A stretch of DNA of 32,000 nucleotides, from positions 3,090,001 through 3,122,000 of the forward strand of contig NZ_LN831039.1 in NCBI RefSeq assembly GCF_001457595.1, written 5' to 3'. Shown piece by piece: positions 17,821 through 26,905 of this stretch. The position numbers and the translations under genes were made by a program. Every line of letters starts with the position of its first letter. Position 1 is the stretch's first letter. A model generated the notes under the pieces. It saw only the letters and a list, made by a program, of their open reading frames with translations. It was not told the DNA's origin and ran no database searches. The stretch comes from Mycolicibacterium smegmatis (GTDB taxonomy: Bacteria; Actinomycetota; Actinomycetes; Mycobacteriales; Mycobacteriaceae).

Positions 17821-18944
17821 GACGCGGCACCTACCTTCTCGGCGTCGGGATCGCTGTCGGTGGTGGGCTCGGCGTCGGGTCCCGGCGGCGTCGGATCGGG
17901 CTTGTTGCGTCGCCAACGACGCAGCGCCACACCGAGACCCGCGAGTCCGGCCGGGAAGAAGCCGACGACGACGATGAACAGCAGGCCCTGCGCATAGGTC
18001 CACTCCGACGGGAAGCGTTCGGAGAACAGGGTTTGCGCCCACGCCACGCCGATGGCTCCCAGCACGGGGCCCAGCAGTGTGGTGCGCCCACCGATGGCCA
18101 CGCCGATCAGGAACGCGATCGACGGGATGATGCCCACCTGCGACGGTGCGATGAACCCGACGATCGGCGTGAACAGCGCACCGGCGATGCTCGCGAACAA
18201 CGCTGCCAGCGTGTACGCGACCACCTTGATGTTGGCGGGGTCGTAGCCGAGGAAGCGCACGCGCTCCTCGCCGTCGCGCACCGCGACCAGCAGCTCGCCG
18301 TACCGGCTGTACATGAGTTGGCGGACGACGGCGACGACGATCAGAAGCGTTGCGGCGGCGATGAAGTACAGCATCCGCTTGTTCACCGGATCGTTGAGCG
18401 TGAACCCGAAGAACGTGCGGAAGTTGTTCAACCCGTTGCTGCCACCCAGGCTGGTCTGCCCGACGAGCAGGATCGCCAAAGCGGCCGCGAGCGCCTGCGA
18501 CAGGATCGCGAAATAGGCGCCCTTGACCCGTCGTTTGAACACGCCGAGACCCAGAAGTGCGGCGATACCGGCCGGGATGACCAGGATGGCCAACAGGGTG
18601 AAGACGGGGGAGGCGAACGGCGTCCAGTAGCCGGGCAATTCGCGCACGCCGGCGATCTGCATGAAGTCCGGCACCGCCTGGTGGCGGATCTCGGCGTCGG
18701 CGATCTTGAGGTGCATGCCCATCATGTAGCCGCCGAGGCCGAAGAACACGCCCTGGCCCAGAACCAGCATTCCGCCTCGGCCCCAGGCCAATCCGATACC
18801 CACCGCGACGATCGCAAAGCACAGGAACTTGCCCAGCAGGCTGAGCCGGAAGTCCGACAACACGGCCGGGGCCACGCCGAACAACAGCACCGCCGCGACC
18901 GCGAAGCCGGCCCACGTCTGCCAGCGACCGAGCATGGTTCTCAT
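17817..18944 (-). CDS. urtC: Urea ABC transporter permease UrtC
   Basis: In-frame part of track ORF 17817..19367. The ATG at 18944 (MRTMLGRWQTWAG...) overlaps the urtB stop (ATGA). It is a LivM-like polytopic permease. Confidence 0.9.
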   Translation of the reverse strand: MRTMLGRWQTWAGFAVAAVLLFGVAPAVLSDFRLSLLGKFLCFAIVAVGIGLAWGRGGMLVLGQGVFFGLGGYMMGMHLKIADAEIRHQAVPDFMQIAGVRELPGYWTPFASPVFTLLAILVIPAGIAALLGLGVFKRRVKGAYFAILSQALAAALAILLVGQTSLGGSNGLNNFRTFFGFTLNDPVNKRMLYFIAAATLLIVVAVVRQLMYSRYGELLVAVRDGEERVRFLGYDPANIKVVAYTLAALFASIAGALFTPIVGFIAPSQVGIIPSIAFLIGVAIGGRTTLLGPVLGAIGVAWAQTLFSERFPSEWTYAQGLLFIVVVGFFPAGLAGLGVALRRWRRNKPDPTPPGPDAEPTTDSDPDAEKVGAAS

Positions 18945-19825
18945 ACCAGACTCCTTGTCCGCACGGTGAACAGGCCCTGCGGGCGCACCTGCAGGAAGAT
19001 CACGATGATCACGAACACGATCACCTTGGCCAGCGACGCCGTGGTGTTGTACTCGATGAAGGAGTTCAAAAAGCCCAGCGTCAGCGCCGCGATGACGGTG
19101 CCCTTGATCTGGCCGAGCCCGCCCACCACGACCACCAGGAACGCGTCGATGAGGAAGCTCTGGCCGATGGTCGGGCTGGTCGAACCGATGAGTGTCAGCG
19201 CGACACCGGCGACAGCCGCGAGCCCGGATCCGATGAAGAACGTCGTGATGTCGGTCTTGCGGGACGAGATGCCGCTGGTCTCTGCGAGATCGCGGTTCTG
19301 CACCACCGCCCGGATACGACGGCCCATGGGGCTCGCCTTGAGCACGGTCGCGAGCACCGCGACACACACGACGGCCAGGACCAGGATGAAGATGCGGGTC
19401 TTGGGCACGACGGCGCCGAGGATCTCGACGCCGCCCGACAGCCAGGAGGGGGCCACGACGTTGACCGCGGGGGCACCGAAGATGTCGCGCGCGATCTGCT
19501 GAAGGATCAGCCCGACGCCGAAGGTGACGAGCAGGGTGTCCAGCGGGCGGTGGTACATGCGCTGGATCAGCGTCACCTCAAGCAGGGCACCCATCGCGCC
19601 ACCGACGAGGAATCCCACCACCAGCGAGATGAGCAGGGACGCACCGGCACTCGAGATCACCTGCTGGACCACGTACGCGGTGTAACAGCCGGCCATGATG
19701 AACTCGCCGTGCGCCATGTTGATGACGCCCATCTGGCCGAACGTCAGAGAAAGGCCGAGTGCGGCCAGCAACAGGATCGAGCCGAGGCTCAATCCTGTTG
19801 CCAGCTGGCCGATCAGGATATCCAT
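18941..19825 (-). CDS. urtB: Urea ABC transporter permease UrtB
   Basis: 294-aa LivH-like permease (MDILIGQLATGLSLGSILLLAALGLSLTFGQMGVINMAHGEF...). Confidence 0.9.
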   Translation of the reverse strand: MDILIGQLATGLSLGSILLLAALGLSLTFGQMGVINMAHGEFIMAGCYTAYVVQQVISSAGASLLISLVVGFLVGGAMGALLEVTLIQRMYHRPLDTLLVTFGVGLILQQIARDIFGAPAVNVVAPSWLSGGVEILGAVVPKTRIFILVLAVVCVAVLATVLKASPMGRRIRAVVQNRDLAETSGISSRKTDITTFFIGSGLAAVAGVALTLIGSTSPTIGQSFLIDAFLVVVVGGLGQIKGTVIAALTLGFLNSFIEYNTTASLAKVIVFVIIVIFLQVRPQGLFTVRTRSLV

Positions 19826-19860
19826 ACGGTTGTCAGATCCCCCTCGGTGTGACTATCTGA

Positions 19861-21129
19861 TCAGCTCGACAGCCCTGCGGCCCACGGGTAGGACTTCAGG
19901 TACGGATCCGGCTCGATGGGGCCCTTGGACTCCCACACCGTGTAGATCAGGCCGTCGGGGCGGATCTCACCGATGCGGGCGGTCTTGGTGATGTGGTGGT
20001 TCTCGCCGTCGATGGTGACCTTGCCCTCGGGCGCGTCGAAGCTCACGCCATCGGCGTTGTCCTGAATTGCCTTGACGTCGAAGGACTGTGCCTTCTCCAC
20101 GGTGTTCTTCCACAGGTACACCGAAACGTAGGCCGCCTCCATCGGATCCGACGTCGGCTTCTTGGGGTCCTTCACGAAGTCCTTGTAGGCCTTGACGAAG
20201 GCCTTGTTCTCCGGGGTGTCGATGGTCTCGTAGTAGTTCCACGCGGTGAGCTGCCCGTCGATGTTCTGGACACCGATACCGCCGACCTCTTCCTCGGCGA
20301 TCGACACCGAGACCACCGGCATGGTGTCCGGCGTCAGGCCGACGTTGCGGTACTCGCGGAAGAATGCGACGTTGGAATCACCGTTGAGGGTGTTGAACAC
20401 GGCGTCGGCGTTCGCGCTGCGGACCTTGTTGACGATGGTCGAGAAGTCCGTGGAGCCCAGTGGCGTGTAGTCCTCGCCCTTGATCTCGATGCCGTTGGCC
20501 TCGGCGTACGCCTTGATGATGCGGTTGGCGGTCTGCGGGAAGACGTAGTCGCTGCCCACCAGGTAGAGCGACTTGACGCCCTTCTCCTTGAGGTAGTCCA
20601 GCGCGGGCACGATCTGCTGGTTGGTGGTGGCGCCGGTGTAGAAGATGTTGGGCGACGATTCCAGGCCCTCATACTGAACGGGGTAGTACAGCAGGGCGTT
20701 GGCGCTCTCGAAGACCGGCAGCATGGCCTTGCGGCTCGACGAGGTCCATCCGCCGAACACCGCCGCGACGCAGTCGCTGCTGATCAGCTTCTCGGCCTTC
20801 TCTGCGAACACGGTGGGCTCCGACGCGCCGTCCTCGCCGATCAGTTCGATCTGCTTGCCCAGCACACCGCCGTCGGCGTTGATCTCCTCGACCGCGAGCT
20901 TGATGGCGTCGCGGACGGTGACCTCGGAGATCGCCATGGTGCCCGACAGCGAGTTCAGCGAGCCCACCTTGATGGTGGGGCCGGACGTGTCAACACATGA
21001 TTCGGCATTTGCTGCGTCGGTTTCGCTCGCCTTGCTCCCGCACCCGGCCAACAACAGGCCGGCAACGGTGATAACGCTTCCGGTGGCCAACGCCGAACGC
21101 CGGATCGTGGCACGTCCTCGAACTCGCAT
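19861..21129 (-). CDS. urtA: Urea ABC transporter substrate-binding lipoprotein UrtA
   Basis: In-frame part of track ORF 19861..21201. The ATG at 21129 has GGAAAGG 7 nt upstream. The signal peptide carries a lipobox (LLLAGC). The sequence [17 protein letters not shown] is UrtA-typical. Confidence 0.9.
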   Translation of the reverse strand: MRVRGRATIRRSALATGSVITVAGLLLAGCGSKASETDAANAESCVDTSGPTIKVGSLNSLSGTMAISEVTVRDAIKLAVEEINADGGVLGKQIELIGEDGASEPTVFAEKAEKLISSDCVAAVFGGWTSSSRKAMLPVFESANALLYYPVQYEGLESSPNIFYTGATTNQQIVPALDYLKEKGVKSLYLVGSDYVFPQTANRIIKAYAEANGIEIKGEDYTPLGSTDFSTIVNKVRSANADAVFNTLNGDSNVAFFREYRNVGLTPDTMPVVSVSIAEEEVGGIGVQNIDGQLTAWNYYETIDTPENKAFVKAYKDFVKDPKKPTSDPMEAAYVSVYLWKNTVEKAQSFDVKAIQDNADGVSFDAPEGKVTIDGENHHITKTARIGEIRPDGLIYTVWESKGPIEPDPYLKSYPWAAGLSS

Positions 21130-21239
21130 GAACAACCTTTCCCGATGATTGCAGCGCATTTTGGGCCGATCGCCTCGGCCGCGGTGCAGGAGGTTAAACA
21201 CACTGTGCTGGTGTCGAATCGGGACGTTAGAGCGCGCGT

Positions 21240-21277
21240 GTTACTGCCAAATGTCTGTGTGTGACGAACAAATTAAC
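21240..21277. promoter_or_regulatory. Candidate GlnR-type nitrogen-regulator site upstream of urtA (tentative)
   Basis: The sequence reads GTTAC-n6-ATGTC-n5-GTGAC-n6-ATTAAC. The roughly 11-nt periodic GTnAC-like elements resemble the actinobacterial gTnAc-n6-GaAAc box as I recall it. The b-sites are poor and one spacer is 1 nt short. Confidence 0.3.
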
Positions 21278-21366
21278 CTCGACATGACATGCCGCTGGTT
21301 TGCCGCCGGTTCTCGACGCCGTGACACCGGCGTGGCGTGTGTAACGGGGAGGTAGCCTGCGTCGAT

Positions 21367-21798
21367 ATGACGAACATGCGAAACGTGACGAAGAGGGTCG
21401 GCGCCGCGGTGTTGGCGGCGTCGGCGTCCATTGCGGTGGTGGGACAGGCGACAGCGCATGCGGAGCCCGAGGGCCACCAGGTCCGTTACACATTGACGTC
21501 TGGCGCGCCTTACGAGTTCGACCTCTACTATCTGGCGACGCAGCCCGCGGACAAGGCGGCCTACGACGCCGATCCGTACGCCTACCTGCAGAAGGCCGAG
21601 GTGAACGTCGCTCCGGACGCGCCATGGGTCTTCGAGACCACACTGGCCGATCCGCAGTGGGCGATCTTCACGGTGTCCAGCACGACGCACGGCGGACGGG
21701 GCGCGCCGAACGCGCACTGTGAGATCGCCGTCGACGGCGAGATCGCGACGCAGAACGACCACCCGTACAGCCCGCGGTGCCAGCTGGGCAACTGGTGA
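21367..21798 (+). CDS. Small secreted protein with an MmpS-like domain (hypothetical)
   Basis: Part of track ORF 21337..21798, using the ATG at 21367 or 21376. It has a Sec signal ...AVVGQATAHA/EPEG. The mature domain pattern VRYTLTSG...YY...APDAPWVFETTL...IFTVSS...HCEIAVDGEIATQ...PRCQ resembles the MmpS soluble domain with its two Cys. Confidence 0.6.
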   Translation: MTNMRNVTKRVGAAVLAASASIAVVGQATAHAEPEGHQVRYTLTSGAPYEFDLYYLATQPADKAAYDADPYAYLQKAEVNVAPDAPWVFETTLADPQWAIFTVSSTTHGGRGAPNAHCEIAVDGEIATQNDHPYSPRCQLGNW

Positions 21799-21829
21799 CC
21801 TGAGGATTCTCAACATCTGAGAGCTGCTT

Positions 21830-21865
21830 GACACCCCTATCGAACTGTTGTTCGATAGGGGTGTC
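21830..21865. terminator. Perfect 16-bp-stem / 4-nt-loop palindrome between convergent genes; candidate bidirectional terminator that also contains a perfect SOS box
   Basis: gacacccctatcgaac-tgtt-gttcgataggggtgtc has no mismatch. The core at 21840-21855 is TCGAACtgttGTTCGA. It lies 32 nt after the MmpS-like stop and 112 nt after the alpha/beta hydrolase stop. Confidence 0.6.
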
Positions 21866-21976
21866 TGCGTTTGATCGGTTCCGCTTCCGCTCCGACGCCG
21901 GCTTGACTGGGCACGCGCCCTCGGCGCGCGCCGGTGCCGTACCCGAAACCGCGGCACCGGCGCACCCAGTCCCTGC

Positions 21977-22792
21977 CTAGGTCCCTTCGGCGTGCCGGAC
22001 GGCCCTCGAGATGGCGTCAGCCAGGTCGGCGGGCGCTTCGACATGGGCCAGATGGCCCTGCCCGGGGAGTCGGGCCAACCGTGCCTGCGGCAGCGCCGCG
22101 GAGAACGGGACGAACGCCGTCCCGTACGGCGCCGCACCCTCGTTGAGTGCGCCGAGGATGAGGGTGACCGGAACCGTCAGGTGACGGTAGTCGTCGAAGG
22201 ACGGCTCGAATGCGTCGATCGCGGCGAGTTCCTCGCCCATCGGCTGCGCGAGCGGCCTCAGTACCTCCCATGCGGGGCTGCGGCGGAGGCCGGCCACATA
22301 GTCGTCGGAGAAACCGGATACATCGGTGTTGACGAGAGCGACCGCTCGGTCGAGGTCACCCGCGGCGACTGCGGCGCGGATGGGTGCGACGGTCTCGGGT
22401 GCGAAGGGGCGACTGACGGGTTCGTACGCCGTGACCGACCGGATCCGGCCGGAACCGAGCGCGGCCTCCAGTCCGATGAGCGCACCGTAACTCCAGCCGA
22501 CGAGGTGCACGGCCCCGAGCGCGCCGACGACGCGTCGCAGGTCGTCGACCTCGACGGCGACCGAGTAGTCCGCGCCCAACCCACCGCTCGACGCGCGACC
22601 GCGGCGGTTGAGGGTGACGACGGGGTTCGGCAGGTCGATGTGCGCCACCACGGGCCGCCAGGTCGCGGCGTCGGCCATGATGCCGGGCACGATCACCACC
22701 GGTGTGCCGTGGCCCGGTCGCACCTCGGCGCTCAATCGCGTGTCGGCGGTTTCCAGGCTGAGGTGAAGTGGCTCTGCGTGCGTGAGAATCAC
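21977..22792 (-). CDS. Alpha/beta-fold hydrolase
   Basis: 271-aa ORF with the nucleophile elbow GWSYG. Its GTG start overlaps the TGA of the upstream hydratase gene (GTGA at 22789-22792). Confidence 0.8.
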   Translation of the reverse strand: MILTHAEPLHLSLETADTRLSAEVRPGHGTPVVIVPGIMADAATWRPVVAHIDLPNPVVTLNRRGRASSGGLGADYSVAVEVDDLRRVVGALGAVHLVGWSYGALIGLEAALGSGRIRSVTAYEPVSRPFAPETVAPIRAAVAAGDLDRAVALVNTDVSGFSDDYVAGLRRSPAWEVLRPLAQPMGEELAAIDAFEPSFDDYRHLTVPVTLILGALNEGAAPYGTAFVPFSAALPQARLARLPGQGHLAHVEAPADLADAISRAVRHAEGT

Positions 22793-24426
22793 TGCGGTGC
22801 TGCTCCGATCGTGAGTAGTGGTGGACGGCGGTAGAAGTCGTTGCCCTTGTCGTCGATGACGATGAAGGCGGGGAAGTTCCGCACCCGCACCCGCAGCACG
22901 GCCTCCATGCCGAGTTCGCCGTATTCGAGGGTCTCGACCGAGGTGATGAAGTCACGGGCGAGCCGGGCCGCGGGCCCGCCGATGGAACCGAGGTAGAAGC
23001 CGCCGTGAGCCTGGCACGAACGCCGCACCGCATCCGAGCGGTTGCCTTTCGCGAGCATCACCAGTGATCCGCCTGCGGACTGGAACCGCTCGACGTAGGA
23101 GTCCATGCGTCCGGCCGTGGTGGGACCCAGCGAGCCCGATACGTGGCCGGACGGTGTCTTGGCGGGCCCGGCGTAGAAGACCGGGTACCGGCGCAGGTAA
23201 TCCGGTAGCGGTTCGCCCGCGTCGAGTCGCTCACGGATCTTGGCGTGTGCCAGGTCGCGTGCCACGACGAGGGTGCCTGTCAGCGACACCCTGGTGCCGA
23301 CGGGGTGGGCCGACAGTTGGGCCAGGGTGTGCGCCATCGACACGTCCAGGTCGATCCGGATGTCCTCATCGCGGCGGCCGGCATCGGCGTCATCGGGCAG
23401 GAACCGTGCCGGATCGGTTTCGAGTTGTTCGAGGAACACCCCGTCCCGCGTGATCCGGCCCAGGATGTGACGGTCGGCGGCGCACGACACCGCGATGGCC
23501 ACAGGCAGCGACCCGGCGTGGCGGGGCAGGCGGATCACCCGCACGTCGTGGCAGAAGTACTTACCGCCGAACTGCGCCCCGATCCCGAGCTGCTGTGTGG
23601 CCGTGAGGATTATGTGTTCGAAGTCCAGGTCGCGGAACCCGTGGCCAGTTCCCGATCCGGCGACGGGCAGCGCATCGAGGTGGTGGGCAGAGGCCAGTTT
23701 GGCGGTCTTGAGCGCGAATTCGGCGCTCGTGCCGCCGATCACGACCGCCAGGTGGTAGGGCGGGCATGCCGACGTGCCGATCTCGGCGGCCTTGGCCACG
23801 ACGAAGTCGAGCAGCGCATCGGGCGTCAGGAGGGCGGGTGTCTCCTGGAACAGGAAGCTCTTGTTGGCGCTGCCACAGCCTTTCGCGATGAACAGGAACC
23901 GGTAGTCGTCCTCGCCCTCGGCGAGGATCTCGATCTGCGCGGGCAGGTTGGTGCCGGTGTTGCGCTCGTCGAACATGGACACGGGCGCGACTTGCGAATA
24001 GCGCAGGTTCAGGGTTCGGTACGCGCGGGCGATGCCGAGCGACAGGTGCTCGGCATCGCGGCCGTCGGTGAGGACGTGCCGTCCGCGCCAGGCGTGCACG
24101 ATCGCGGTGCCGGTGTCCTGGCACATCGGGAACACGCCACCGGACGCCACATTCGCGTTGCGTAGGAGTTCGGTGGCGACGTAGCGGTCGTTGGGCGAGG
24201 CCTCCGGATCCTCGAGGATCGCCGCAACCTGGCGAAGGTGGCTGCTACGCAACAGATGTGACACGTCGCGGTATGCCTCGAACGCCAACTGCTCGACGGC
24301 CGCGGGGTCGACGTCGAGGAACTCCCGGCCCGCACCGTGTACCGTGCGGGCCCCGGCGATGTCGAGCCGGCGGTAGTCGGTGGTGTCGGCGCCGAGCGGC
24401 AGTATCGGTGTGTAGTCGACGGTCAT
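22789..24426 (-). CDS. Class-I (Fe-S) fumarate hydratase-type hydro-lyase, fused alpha+beta domains
   Basis: In-frame part of track ORF 22789..24561. The ATG at 24426 ([12 protein letters not shown]...) overlaps the amidase stop (ATGA). Motifs present: [15 protein letters not shown] and the C-terminal beta-domain [25 protein letters not shown]. At 545 aa it is similar in size to FumA-type enzymes. Confidence 0.85.
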   Translation of the reverse strand: MTVDYTPILPLGADTTDYRRLDIAGARTVHGAGREFLDVDPAAVEQLAFEAYRDVSHLLRSSHLRQVAAILEDPEASPNDRYVATELLRNANVASGGVFPMCQDTGTAIVHAWRGRHVLTDGRDAEHLSLGIARAYRTLNLRYSQVAPVSMFDERNTGTNLPAQIEILAEGEDDYRFLFIAKGCGSANKSFLFQETPALLTPDALLDFVVAKAAEIGTSACPPYHLAVVIGGTSAEFALKTAKLASAHHLDALPVAGSGTGHGFRDLDFEHIILTATQQLGIGAQFGGKYFCHDVRVIRLPRHAGSLPVAIAVSCAADRHILGRITRDGVFLEQLETDPARFLPDDADAGRRDEDIRIDLDVSMAHTLAQLSAHPVGTRVSLTGTLVVARDLAHAKIRERLDAGEPLPDYLRRYPVFYAGPAKTPSGHVSGSLGPTTAGRMDSYVERFQSAGGSLVMLAKGNRSDAVRRSCQAHGGFYLGSIGGPAARLARDFITSVETLEYGELGMEAVLRVRVRNFPAFIVIDDKGNDFYRRPPLLTIGAAPQ

Positions 24427-25766
24427 CGGTGTTCGATCCGTGCGGCCAGATCGAACAGCATGCCCTCGTTGCCGGGCGCGCTGATCAGTTGCAACCCGAC
24501 GGGCAGACCCGAGACGACGCCTGCGGGCACGCTGAGCGCGGGATGCCCGGTGAGGTTCCACGGGCAGGTCAGCGACAGCAGTGCCGATCGCACCTCGACG
24601 GCGTGGCCGTCGATCTGGTGGGCGCGCTGGTCGATCTCGGTCGCGACCGTCGGCGCAGCGGGCATCGCGAGTACGTCGAACCGCGTGAGCAGGGTGTCGG
24701 CTGCCGCGCGCAACCTGTCACGTTGGCGGCAGGCACGCACGTATTGCCATGCGGGCGTGTCCCTTCCGCGCAGCAGGCGTCCGAGCACCTCGGGGTCGAT
24801 GTCGGATGCACGCTGCTCGGTCTCGGCGCTGTACTCGGTATAGGCCTCGCTGGACTGCAGGACGCTGAGCGCCTCGAACACCTCGCCCGCCGCGAACGGC
24901 AGTCCGACGGTGCCGTCGACCGTGATCTGCGCGGCGCGCAGCGTCTCGGACAACGCCGCGATGATTGCCGGGTCACACGGGCCGAGGCATGCGGGATCCA
25001 GCCAGGCGACCCGTTGCGCGCGAACCGGATCGGGGGACCGGCCGGCCATGGCCGTGTACGCCGCCGCTGCGCCGGTCGCGGTGCGGGCGAACACCCCGAC
25101 GTGATCCAGCGATGCCGCAAGGGGCCAGACGCCCCGCGCCGGGATCGCGCCGTAGGCCGGCTTGAACCCGACCACACCGCACAACGCGGCGGGTACGCGG
25201 ACCGAGCCTGCGGTGTCGGTGCCGACAGCCAGGGGAACCATGCCCGCGGCGGTCGCCACTGCACTGCCGCCGCTCGATCCGCCGCTGATCCTGCTGGGAT
25301 CCCAAGGGTTTCGTGATGCGCCGTGTGCCGATCGGTCACCGGTCGCGCCGAAGGCGAATTCGTGCAGGACATTCCTGCCGACGATCACCGCGCCCGCGGT
25401 GCGCAACCGGCGCACGCATTCGGCGTCGGCGGTCGCCGGACCGGGGTGGACCACCGAACCCCGCGTCGTGACGTGTCCGGCGACGTCGACGAGGTCCTTG
25501 ACCGCGACCGGGATGCCGTGCAGCACACCGCGGTCATGGCCACGTGCGAGTTCGGCATCGGCGTGCCGCGCGGCGTCGAGCGCGCCTTCTGCGTCCACGG
25601 CCGTGAAGGCGTTGAGGGTCGGATCGAGCCGTGTGATGGCGGCGAGGCTGTGCTCGACGAGTTCGACACTCGTGGTGTGGCCATTGCGAAGATCCGCTGC
25701 GAGGGAATGGATGTCGTGGTCGCGGAAGAATCCGGTCAACCCGGTGGTATCGGCTGTTTCGGTCAT
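24423..25766 (-). CDS. Amidase-signature family amidase
   Basis: In-frame part of track ORF 24423..26807. The ATG at 25766 ([10 protein letters not shown]...) overlaps the upstream stop (ATGA). It has the AS motif [14 protein letters not shown] and a Ser-cisSer-Lys context ([20 protein letters not shown]). Confidence 0.9.
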   Translation of the reverse strand: MTETADTTGLTGFFRDHDIHSLAADLRNGHTTSVELVEHSLAAITRLDPTLNAFTAVDAEGALDAARHADAELARGHDRGVLHGIPVAVKDLVDVAGHVTTRGSVVHPGPATADAECVRRLRTAGAVIVGRNVLHEFAFGATGDRSAHGASRNPWDPSRISGGSSGGSAVATAAGMVPLAVGTDTAGSVRVPAALCGVVGFKPAYGAIPARGVWPLAASLDHVGVFARTATGAAAAYTAMAGRSPDPVRAQRVAWLDPACLGPCDPAIIAALSETLRAAQITVDGTVGLPFAAGEVFEALSVLQSSEAYTEYSAETEQRASDIDPEVLGRLLRGRDTPAWQYVRACRQRDRLRAAADTLLTRFDVLAMPAAPTVATEIDQRAHQIDGHAVEVRSALLSLTCPWNLTGHPALSVPAGVVSGLPVGLQLISAPGNEGMLFDLAARIEHR

Positions 25767-26896
25767 GATGTCGTGATTCCTGGGAGCAGTTGAAGGGATG
25801 GGACGATTACGGCGGTGGCGACGGCCATGGCGGCAACGTTGCCGATGAACGGATGGAAGTCGCCGGGCAGTAGTGCCGAGATCCGGTCGGCGAGTGGTGG
25901 ACCCAACAGTGCCCCGAGCAGTGCACCGGCGAGCACCGACGCCGCGGTTCCGCCGTACGTCAGCACGCAGGCCGGCGCGACCGACACCACGGGCACGAAC
26001 GTCGGGTAGAACGGGCGGCGTGCCCAGCGGGTCCGCCACACCGACACGGCCACCACGGCGGTGAGCACCTGTGCGGCGAGAATCTGTGGGAGCAGCCCTG
26101 ATCCATAGGCCACCGAGGCGGGTGCCATCGCGTAGGCGATCAGGGCGCCCGCGACGAGTCCGAGGCTCGCCCACTCGCTTCCGAAGAACGGCGCCTCGGA
26201 GAAGTCGGCGACGCAACGCCGCAGCACCCACACCGGTCCGGTCCTGACCGCAGGAGCCGGCGGTGATGCCGGGCCCCGGGGGAGCGCCGGCGCGGGCACC
26301 CACGGGAGATGTCGGCAGATCATGAACGCGATCACCGCCGCGATCGCCATCCCGCCTGTGACCCCGACGACCGACGGCACACCGAGTCGCGGGCACAGGA
26401 CGCTCGCACCGAGCACCGAGAGTGGCGGGGTCACCACGCCGCCGAGCACGCCACCGGTGAGTACGGTTTTGATATCGGCACCGAACATCAGCACGATGGT
26501 CGGTGACACCGAGACGAACGGCGCGAACAGCGGTTGCCAGATCCCTGCCGACAGGGTCCATCCCCACAGCAGGTTGCTGACTGCGACGCCCAGCATGGCG
26601 CTGGCCAGCATCGGCACCCACATGCCGGATCCGCACGCCTGCGCGAACCCCTGCAGGCGGTGCCCGCGTCTGTGCAGCCAGTGCGCCAGTGCACCGCCGG
26701 CGATCAGACCGAGACCGGACAGGGCGTTCGAGTAGAACGTGGGTTCGCTTGCCGCCGAGGCGATCTGCGCGAGCATCGGCGTGACGGCATGCAGGCTGCC
26801 ACTCCACAGCAGTGCGGCGAACAGGCAGATCGCGGCGACCAGGGGCAGCAGCGGGAGCGCGGCGTCGGGTGGACGCGTGGACGGAGCGGTCGTCAT
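25763..26896 (-). CDS. Polytopic integral membrane protein of unrecognised family (putative transporter)
   Basis: 377-aa ORF with about 10 hydrophobic spans in two halves, separated by a Pro/Arg-rich loop (LPWVPAPALPRGPASPPAPAVRTGP). I recognise no MFS, APC or ABC motif. The ATG at 26896 lies 9 nt after the nitrilase stop. Confidence 0.6.
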   Translation of the reverse strand: MTTAPSTRPPDAALPLLPLVAAICLFAALLWSGSLHAVTPMLAQIASAASEPTFYSNALSGLGLIAGGALAHWLHRRGHRLQGFAQACGSGMWVPMLASAMLGVAVSNLLWGWTLSAGIWQPLFAPFVSVSPTIVLMFGADIKTVLTGGVLGGVVTPPLSVLGASVLCPRLGVPSVVGVTGGMAIAAVIAFMICRHLPWVPAPALPRGPASPPAPAVRTGPVWVLRRCVADFSEAPFFGSEWASLGLVAGALIAYAMAPASVAYGSGLLPQILAAQVLTAVVAVSVWRTRWARRPFYPTFVPVVSVAPACVLTYGGTAASVLAGALLGALLGPPLADRISALLPGDFHPFIGNVAAMAVATAVIVPSLQLLPGITTS

Positions 26897-26905
26897 GACG
26901 CGTGC

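Noticed and set aside
21861-21980. 39-codon plus-strand ORF ([39 protein letters not shown]) starting right after the SOS-box palindrome, considered as an SOS-induced small protein.
   Set aside because: It has no Shine-Dalgarno sequence, only moderate third-position GC, and a non-hydrophobic Ala/Pro-rich composition. It is not supportable from sequence alone and is kept only as a possibility under the palindrome finding.
24423-26807. Very long track ORFs suggest N-terminally extended or fused proteins: the amidase as 794 aa, urtD as 635 aa (17008..18915), urtC as 516 aa, the permease as 663 aa (9767..11758) and ppiB as 485 aa.
   Set aside because: The extensions are Arg-rich nonsense that overlaps the real upstream gene in another frame. 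Internal ATG/GTG starts with Shine-Dalgarno sequences or ATGA/GTGA overlaps give proteins of canonical length.
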